DNA of 64,000 nt, from the NCBI RefSeq assembly GCF_006345805.1, contig NC_043005.1:101928001-101992000 (forward strand). The letters run 5' to 3'. A program made the translations under genes and the position numbers. Below are positions 55,395-64,000 of this stretch, piece after piece; position 1 is the first letter of the stretch, and every line of letters begins with the position of its first letter. This DNA comes from Octopus sinensis. Taxonomy: Eukaryota. Below the pieces are notes generated by a model. It saw only the letters and a program-made list of their open reading frames with translations, searched no databases and was not told the origin of the DNA.

Positions 55395-56572
55395 GAATAC
55401 ATATATATGAATTTATATATGTATATATATGTATGTATATATATATGTATGTATATATATATGTATATATGTCTATATATATATGTATATATATGTATGT
55501 ATGTATATGTATATATATATATATATTATATATATATATATACACACATTCATATATATAAGTGCATGCATGTGTGTGAGTGTATGTTTATACATACTTA
55601 CATATATATATATAATTATATATGTGTGTATGTGTGTGTATGTGTGTGTGTATGAAACACATGCATCCGCACAAAAAGTTACACAGACATATAGCGTCTC
55701 ATATATACTTTTGGCTACACTCATATGAACGTACACACACTGGCAAGTTGAGAAAGAAAATAACTAGCAAACAGAAACACACTGGAAGGCATACAGACAT
55801 ATACATACAAAATATACTCAGGCACCCATATACACTCTACATACACACAAACAATATGGAGGGTGGGTAAAACTGGTGACTTAGGCCTAAAATATCTGAA
55901 TAAACTAATATTTCTCGGTAAATTCCGCTAGAGGCACTACAGTAAATTTATCACTTTTAGACCGCCATTACGTTGTCTTTTAACAGAATGTTTACTGTTT
56001 ACCGTTTACTTCTGGTTTTCTTGGTTATTTTTAATCATTCTTATTTTATCACATTTGTCTTTCTCTGTTTTCATGATTTTATTATATAAAATATACATAT
56101 ATTAACCAATATCGCCAATTCTGAAAATTCATTATTTTTCATATATATATTTTGAATTATGTAGTCTCTTATTTCTCCCCTTTCTCTCTCTCTTTTTCTC
56201 TCTTACTCTCCCTTTCTTTCTTCCTCTTTCGCTCTTTCTCGTTCCTTTCTCTCTGTCTTTAATACCCACACATCACGTTCACAAATTCGTGTGAGTAAAC
56301 TAATTAAATTAAGAAAATAAGTTAAGGAAAGCATTCATGAAAATAATGTCTGACTGACTGTTTATGTATGTATGTATGTATGTATGTTGTATGTATGTAT
56401 GTATGTATGTATGTATGTGCGTATGTTTGTATGTATGTACGTATGTATGCATGTGTGTGTTTTTTATGTATGTATGCATGTATGTACGTATATAATACAG
56501 TATAATATAAAACTCTTTTATTTAATAGTTTTTATTAAATATTTTCACTAAGACCATTAATCCATTAACGTT

Positions 56573-56759
56573 TCAAAATATTCGAGGCCCCAATAGATTG
56601 AGCAACAGTCTATAAGCCTCCTGTTGCCTTTTACGGAGACCATCTATGGCAAGTATTTGATCAAGGTTTTCTATCATCGTATAATGATTCTCTTCCTTCC
56701 ACCAGCTTCGCAGATTGTTAATCGAGAATTTATGGAGGCTGGGATATTCAGAAATTTCC
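56573..56759 (-). CDS. Candidate terminal coding exon, product unknown
   Basis: Acceptor ..ccaattaacag|; open frame EISEYPSLHKFSINNLRSWWKEENHYTMIENLDQILAIDGLRKRQQEAYRLLLNLLGPRIF*; AATAAA at 56531-56536 and 56517-56522. Confidence 0.4.
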
Positions 56760-58263
56760 CTGTTAATTGGTAATATTATTGAAATGTGAAAACTAGTAAC
56801 TAGTGCCATGTGGGTGTTTTTAACCTGGCAATAAGCGGCCATGTAGAGATGCTAAACTGGGCGCCGAGGTACATGTAAAACAGCACAAAACCACATAATT
56901 ATAATACAATATCAGAACGTATACATTAGTATTGTATTTCGAGTAGATGTGTTTCTATAGCAATGAACTACATTACATATAAATACTTTTCCGAAATCAA
57001 TGTTCTCTGGGAAAGTTGGTCATTAGTGACCTGATTGGCGCTCAATCATTGAAACTAAACTTGGATGTTGTCAAACTTCCAAATCGAGTGTCTATTACAA
57101 AAGTGCCAAAACTACATTGCTGACCATGCAAATCAATCTCACAAAAATTTATTGACCTATATAGTATTATTCATAGATCAAATTTAAATACAGACATCAA
57201 ATTTATATTGTCTTATTTTAACTCTTTCATAGAATCGAAAGATATCGCTGTAGATTTCTTTGTAAATAGGTTAAAAGTGAAGAAAAAAATCACAAAGAAT
57301 ATACAGTATTTGAAATTCTGTTCCCGATTCATATTCTAATGTATTGTCGCATATTAGCCACGCTCTCCGAAAAATGATACACATTGTCAATGAAGAACTG
57401 ATTGAACTAACGTTGATACCGTTAGTCTTCGGAAGAACATACCAGAGATGAAGCTCGTCAGATTCCAAACCATTTTGGTGGTCTACCAAAGCATTTCTGC
57501 TGCCATCTTAGCCGTATGCAAGTGAAACGTTCGCGGTAATACTTACCAAACGGGTATGGTCGATGGGTTACACTTGAAATACTTGTAAAAAATACAGCGC
57601 GTTCATTACTAAAGCAAAAACGCAGAAGTGGGAAATTTGAAATGCAATACAATTCTCAGCATCCTCTCTCCTATCAATGAAGATCACTGCGTGACTGGTC
57701 GGCTTCCATTAAAATAATGAAGAATGAAAAATAAGCAAAATGTCGTGTCATCAGGAAGTCAATCGAATGTGAAACGTTCGTTTAGTTAACAACGTTACTT
57801 TGAAAATGCATTTGATTTTCTCTAAGATATGGGTAACCCTCTATAGTTCTGGGAAGATTTGCACTCACCCCAATTAAAACCAACTACTGTAGACGCAGAA
57901 AAATTTTGTCTAAGTGAACTTGTGTAACATTAATGTGACGACAAATATTGCTAGACGCTTCTTCACACAATGCTGCTCTCACCTTCTACGTTCACATAAA
58001 TTGTATTAATTACCTACAGTGCTAAAAACAGCTGTATTTGGTCTGCAAAGTGAAGTACACATATCTTTAAGTACAGCTAAAAAGAAATTACGATCTGTAA
58101 ATAACTATGCAACTGCAGATCGTCAATAAAGTAATCTCTAGATTATTAAAACTGATAAATGAGACATTTGAAAAATAATTTTAAAATTTTATATACACAT
58201 GTGTGCATGTCTATGAATAAATGTGTATGTTCGTGAATCTATATGCATTATATATATACACAC

Positions 58264-58341
<78 letters not shown>

Positions 58342-58349
<8 letters not shown>

Positions 58350-59072
58350 TCAATAATAATATAGGGTGAAATTAATTAATTTGGAATAATCATTAATTTC
58401 ACCAAGTAGATTTCGGCATGTAGAAGCCCCATTCAAGGAAGGTTTAAGTAATACTAAGTAATTAAGGGTTTAGCAACGATTTGCCTCACCACACACCGAA
58501 TTTAGAAATAGCAGTCAAAGAGTTATGGCTACTCTTTCTACTTAAAAGGGAGATCCTAGTAAAACCACAACACTTAAAAGGCAAACAACGCAGGCAAAAG
58601 AGAAAGAAATGACGACAATCATTCTATATTAAGGCACCTACGGACGTACGTTTCGAAATTAAGTCATAGGAAAGCATAAAAATTAAATAATTATGTCTTA
58701 CCCGACTATTTTTCTCCTCAGCGTAGGACTCTTCAATTATAAATAATTGCGTCTCAATCATTAATAATTGTGTATTAAATTTGGAGGCACTAGAAGACAT
58801 CACCTCAACTCATGGTATCAGAGCGAGCGTAAGCCATTACCAGTACCACCAAATTCAAAGGGTGAATGACAGTATGTGTCACCATCCTCCTCCCACCAGC
58901 GTGCTGCTAGAATAAGATGTTGCGGTTATTTACTGGGATGAAATATAATTATCAATAATAATATAGGGTGAAATTAATTAATTTGGAATAATCATTAATT
59001 TCACCAAGTAGATTTCGGCATGTAAAAGCCCCATTCAATGAAGGTTTAAGTAATACTAAGTAATTAAGGGTT
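58342..59072 (-). mobile_element. Non-autonomous HHR-bearing element (retrozyme/PLE-like), ~602-bp unit with ~129-bp terminal direct repeat
   Basis: 58342-58470 is repeated at 58944-59072. Contains the canonical HHR and no recognisable ORF. (TA)n on both sides. Confidence 0.7.
58637..58727 (-). ncRNA. Type I hammerhead ribozyme, canonical core
   Basis: Minus strand: CCTACG (stem I) CTGAGGA GAAA..long irregular hairpin..TTTC (stem II, G10.1-C11.1) GAA ACGTACGT (palindromic stem III) C CGTAGG. GUC cleavage triplet. Confidence 0.88.
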
Positions 59073-59105
59073 ATATATATATATATGTATATATGTATAT
59101 ATATG

Positions 59106-59138
<33 letters not shown>

Positions 59139-59154
59139 CTATATATATATATAT

Positions 59155-59445
59155 CACTGTGATCACCGTGACCTACCAGGCTATCAGATGTTGTTACACA
59201 TCGCTGGTCACAATGCGCTTCAAATGACGCCACCCCGCTGGCTAAGCGAGTAGGCCAACAGAAGAAAGAGTGAGAGAAAGTTGTGGAGAAAGAGTACAAC
59301 AGGGATCGCTACCACCCCCTGCCGGATCCTTGTGGAGTTTTAGATGTTTTCGCTCAATAAACACTCACAACGCCCGGTCTGGGAATCGAAACCGCGATCC
59401 TACGACCGCGAGTCAGCTGCCCTAACCACTAGGCCATTGCGCCTC

Positions 59446-59446
<1 letters not shown>
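59155..59446 (-). mobile_element. SINE family C, alternative tail
   Basis: Same head as 53199, different 3' tail. Confidence 0.85.
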
Positions 59447-59498
<52 letters not shown>

Positions 59499-59557
59499 AT
59501 ATATATGTATATATATATATATATGTATATATATGTATGTATATATATATGTATATA

Positions 59558-59608
<51 letters not shown>

Positions 59609-59612
59609 ATAT

Positions 59613-59658
<46 letters not shown>

Positions 59659-59663
59659 ATGTC

Positions 59664-60465
59664 TGAGGAGGTGTTCAAAATAACCGGAAACGTTTACTGA
59701 TGCGCAAGCCCGTTGAAGTTCAGGCTTCCGCTGCTAGAAGTCACTTGATGCAACGCACAGGCAATCAGCGTGCCGACCACCGCCGTCGACGTCTAAGGTC
59801 GTACTGCCACATGGTGTATCTTTGCTTTGTAGTGTTTCTCCCCTGTTCGTCGATTTTTGCGATGGCTGGAACGAAGAAACAATGTGCCTCCGTGAAATTT
59901 TGTTTTCTGCTGGGTAAAACGGCGGCCGAATTAGTTGTTATGCATCAAACAGCATACAAGGTCACTGCCATAAGCAAAACACAAGTTGACGAGTGATTTT
60001 CACGCTTTAGGTATGACCAATTGTCGCTTGAAGACCAACCTCGTTCAGGACGACCGTCGACCTCCCGAACAAATGAATACATCACAAAAATTCCTGAACT
60101 GATCTTGGAAGACGTTCGCCGAATAATTGAAGAACTTGTTAATATGCCTGATTGTTCTGGAGCTCAATCTAACGAATTTTGAACGTGGAATTGCGAATGA
60201 AAAGTGTTACAGTATAATTGGTGTCTTCCTTGCTTACGGACGATCAAAAGCATTTACGACTGAATGCGTGTCTTGAAGTGAAAGAACAGCTGGAAGTTTT
60301 TTTCGAATGTCAGCCCTGGTGACGAAAGCTGGTGCTACAGAATTTTCAGATATAGAAGAGGTGAAGTAAAAAAACGACGTAGGTGTTAAAAGGCATGTAA
60401 ACATGTAAAACTAAGTGAATGAAATAATAATTGCAAAATTCCGGTTTCTTTTGTGTATCCCCTCG
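59664..60465 (+). mobile_element. Internally deleted mariner-like transposon
   Basis: Imperfect TIRs (gaggaggtgttcaaaataaccgg / ccggtttcttttgtgtatcccctcg). Remnant peptides VKFCFLLGKTAAE..EDQPRSGRPSTS..GDESWCY. Confidence 0.85.
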
Positions 60466-60800
60466 TGTAGTAAGTTGCATTGAGAAATCACCACAAAGAA
60501 CGGATTCTATTACAATACAAGCATTATGATTGAATACTGTTTTGATATCACCTGTCTCATAGCATTCAGCGATTGTATGTTTGGGATAGTATTGGGGAAT
60601 TATTTACAAGTGAGGAAAATTATAATCGAATACCGATTTATTCATGTGGATACAAGTATGTGTGTGTATGTCCATGCAGATGCACACACACACACACACA
60701 CACACACACAGATAGACACAAATATGTAGACTCACGAACACACATACACATGCACATACGCACACATACACCCCCATATATATATATATCACGTCACTGT

Positions 60801-60833
<33 letters not shown>

Positions 60834-60856
60834 CACGTCACTGTGACATAAATATA

Positions 60857-60913
<57 letters not shown>

Positions 60914-60914
<1 letters not shown>

Positions 60915-61205
60915 CACGTCACCGTGACCGACCAGGCTATCAGATGTTGCTACACATCGCTTGTCACAATGCGCTTCGCATTGTTTTAGCCTTGAAATGA
61001 CGCCACCCTGCTGGCTAAGCGAGCAGGCCGACAGAAGAAAGAGTGGGAGAAAGAGTGGTGAAAGAGTACAGCAGGGATCACCACCCCCTACCGGAGGCTC
61101 GAGGAGGATTTAGGTGTTTTCGCTCAATAAACACTCACAACGCCCGGTCTGAGAAACGAAACCGCGATCCTACGACCGCAAGTCCGCTGCACCATTGCGC
61201 CCTCC
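60914..61205 (-). mobile_element. SINE family C, alternative tail
   Basis: Closely matches 59155-59446. Confidence 0.85.
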
Positions 61206-61659
61206 CCCATATATATATATACATAAAATATTAATAAGAATACAAAGAATGACTTTACACATCTTTAATGATCAGTTACAATTATGCATGTTAGACTTTA
61301 GCAGACGCACAATGTAAATATACACCTTTGTTGCAGGTCTGAGGAAGTACAACTCTAATGTCTAAAACGGCAAATAGTACATAAATTTTCACTTTGTACT
61401 TTGGGGCAAACTGATGTTAAAGATGTGTTAGAACCTTTCTTTTTCTTATTCGGATTATATTTTTCACTTCGGTAAACTCACAAGGCGGTTTACCGTCGTG
61501 AAAGCAGGATTTTCTAAACCTGAAGTATTTCGTTATAACTTTGTCTTCAGTAGTGTTTATAGGCCAGAGCTTGGGTCGAGTACTGCATTGGAAACACCCA
61601 ATCTTTCTAGTTCACCAGATCCTTATCTATCTATGTATGTATGTATGTATGTATGTATG

Positions 61660-61822
<163 letters not shown>

Positions 61823-61851
61823 ATGTCTGTCTGTCTGTCTGTCTGACTATA

Positions 61852-63544
61852 CAGTATCTCACCTCTAAAAATGTATGGACACCTCTAAAAAATTTCAGTA
61901 AAATTGTCCTTACTCTGATAACATCGAAAGAAATCAAACGAAAATCTATTATACATGCCACTATTATACAAATTTGGAACATTTTCAAAGATATGAATAT
62001 ATATTTTCAGAGATATAAATGGAATATTAATTTTGAAAGGTTACAAAAATATATATGCCCTAAAGGATTATTTGCTATATTCAATATTTGGTGTGACCGC
62101 CCTTGCTTCCACTGAATGCATTAAGTCTTCTGGGTATAGAGTCGTCTAAATTTCCGCATATAACCGATTAAGTCGACCTCCATTCATCCTGAATGATGTC
62201 TTTTTTTCTCCTCAATCTTCCTTTTCAAAATACCCTACAGATGTTCTATTGGGTTTAAATCAGGAGACATGGTATGCCAAGGCAGTACATTTACCTTTTT
62301 ATCTGATAAAATCTTAATTGTCATCTTTGAAGTGTGTTTAGGGGCATTATTTTGTTGGAACATGGAATGTCTTCGTAGTTCCTTGCTCTTTTCAGCATTG
62401 TTTTCTGAAATATCTCACAATAAAGCCTAGAATCCTTTGTCCTCTCAATAAATGTGAGTCCTCCCACACCAGCTGTACTCATGTATTGCCAAAGCATAAA
62501 ACTTCTACCACCATGTTTCCCGGTAGGCACAGTGCATTTGTCGCTAGTATCTTCGCAATAATCGTTTAATACCATCTGTTCTAAACAAGTTGATTTTAGT
62601 CTCATTAGAAAAAGGAATCTTATTCGAAAACCCCTTTCCCTTAGTCACATAAGTTTCGGCAAAAGAAAGACGATTTAATTCATGCCTGGTAGTGATGAAA
62701 GGCTTCCTACGAGGAATGCGTCCATGAAAACCACACCGGTTCAAACTTCGGTGAACTGTTTAGCGGGATACACTCTTTCCACAAACAGGAGGCACTTCTT
62801 GGGCCGAAAGAAGCGAGCTAGCAGATAAAGGTGGCGAGGTGGCAGAAACGTTAGCACGCCGGGCGAAATGCTCAGCAGTATTTCGTCTGCCGTTACGTTC
62901 TGAGTTCAAATTCCGCCGAGGTCGGATTTGCCATTTATCGATTTCGGGGTCGATAAATTAAGTACCACTTACGCACTGGGGTCCATGTAATCGACTTAAT
63001 CCCTTTGTCTGTCCTTGTTTGTCCCCTCTATGTTTAGCCCCTTGTGGGCAATAAAGAAATAAGAAGGCACTTCTTGGGCCGGAGATGAAGTGGTACGTCG
63101 CTTGTCGTCCATCACGCAACGTTAAAGGTGGTGAATATCGCGCATTTAAAAGAGAAGATACGATCTGGACGATGGTTATTACTTTTCCGTCCTGTAGCTT
63201 TGTACTTCTGAATTACTTTGGCAACTGTGTTTACGCTAATATGTATTCGTTTGCTAATTATCTTGCATCCTAAACCATTCTTCTGCAAATTAAAAATAAA
63301 TTTCAAATCCTCAGACAATTGTTTTCCTTTTGGGGACTTTTTAATCAAAATGAAGACGATTTTCACCAAGGTACACAAATCAGAATTCCTGCAGATGCAA
63401 TAAGAATGACCGGTGCAAAAATTCCAGGAGAAATAATTTATTAGAATTGAAATTATCAGCAATATCTGAATTTTTAAAAAAAATTTGGAAAAATATTGAA
63501 TATAGGAAATTTCCTTAAGGGTGTACATATTTTTGTAACGCATG
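61852..63544 (-). mobile_element. Decayed Tc1-like DNA transposon
   Basis: TA|CAGT..aaaaatgtatggacacc and the inverted ggtgtacatatttttgtaacgcatg. Minus-strand fragments: HTH (KGKQLSEDLK..ISVNTVAKVIQKY), GFHGRIPRRKP, FSNETK, KHGG..MLW, QQNNAPKH. Stops and frameshifts. Confidence 0.88.
62807..63064 (+). mobile_element. tRNA-derived SINE (family A) inserted in the Tc1, 17-bp TSD
   Basis: aggcacttcttgggccg duplicated at 62790-62806 and 63065-63081. Confidence 0.9.
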
Positions 63545-63658
63545 AAAATTAATATTTCGTTCATATCTGTTTCAAATTTTATAATGCTTGCATGTATATA
63601 CATATATATATATATATACATATACATATAAATATATATATACATATATATATATACG

Positions 63659-63690
<32 letters not shown>

Positions 63691-63711
63691 TATTTTTTTT
63701 TTATTTATTTA

Positions 63712-64000
63712 TTTTATAGAAGGAGCTTCTACAGGACTAGAACTGTTTCATTCAAATGAAATTATCAGGAAGCTTGGTGTCAAGAATAGTTTTGGCATTT
63801 ATACATTTAGGCAGATTTAAAGGGGGGACTTTTTGGGGGTAGGCATGGCGCAAACTGTCTTTCTTAGGGGAGTGATCAAAAGAATCAGTGATAAAGTAGA
63901 TAAATGAATATATATAAGCGATAGTCTTCTTATTTACCTAAAACTCTATTCTATTATTCTATTTATTCATTTATCTACTTTATCACTGATTCTTTTGACC
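63712..64000 (-). mobile_element. PLE-like remnant of the same family as 42024-42151, with an inverted repeat running to the window edge
   Basis: 63712-63773 matches the left arm of the 42-kb palindrome (HHR core decayed to CTGATAA). 63874-63910 is inverted at 63964-64000. Confidence 0.65.

Noticed and set aside
58395-58445. Second HHR-like motif (minus strand: ttgaatggggc..gccgaaatctac) in the direct repeat
   Set aside because: The core and stems I and III cannot be formed convincingly.
58811-58823. TGGTATCAGAGC, resembling a tRNA-Met primer-binding site
   Set aside because: It matches the plant initiator tRNA form, lies opposite to the HHR strand, and has no LTR or PPT context. Likely chance.

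Overview
AT-rich, microsatellite-dense eukaryotic DNA that is mostly intronic or intergenic. The SINE families look like those I know from cephalopods, so Octopus is the likely source (inference). No complete host gene can be read. There are two candidate convergent terminal exons: an EF-hand-like exon at 49465-49573 (+), duplicated in tandem at 50500-50608, and an exon of unknown product at 56573-56759 (-). Transposon content dominates. The largest element is a near full-length but disrupted Penelope-like element (PLE; RT + GIY-YIG, ~15321-22416) with ~800-bp direct pseudo-LTRs. The rest includes truncated or inverted PLE remnants, R4/Dong-like, RTE-like and CR1-like LINE fragments, a decayed Tc1, mariner deletion derivatives, a non-autonomous Helitron, three tRNA-derived SINE families, and 18-bp and 42-bp tandem arrays. 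The most notable signal is a set of type I hammerhead-ribozyme (HHR) folds from at least five unrelated repeat families. One has a fully canonical core and lies inside a non-coding ~600-bp retrozyme-like unit. One has an A3:U8 compensatory swap of the conserved C3:G8 pair, and others carry U4C or A6U cores. Nearly all of these element ends abut (TA)n tracts. All RNA folds were read by eye and need computational and biochemical confirmation.
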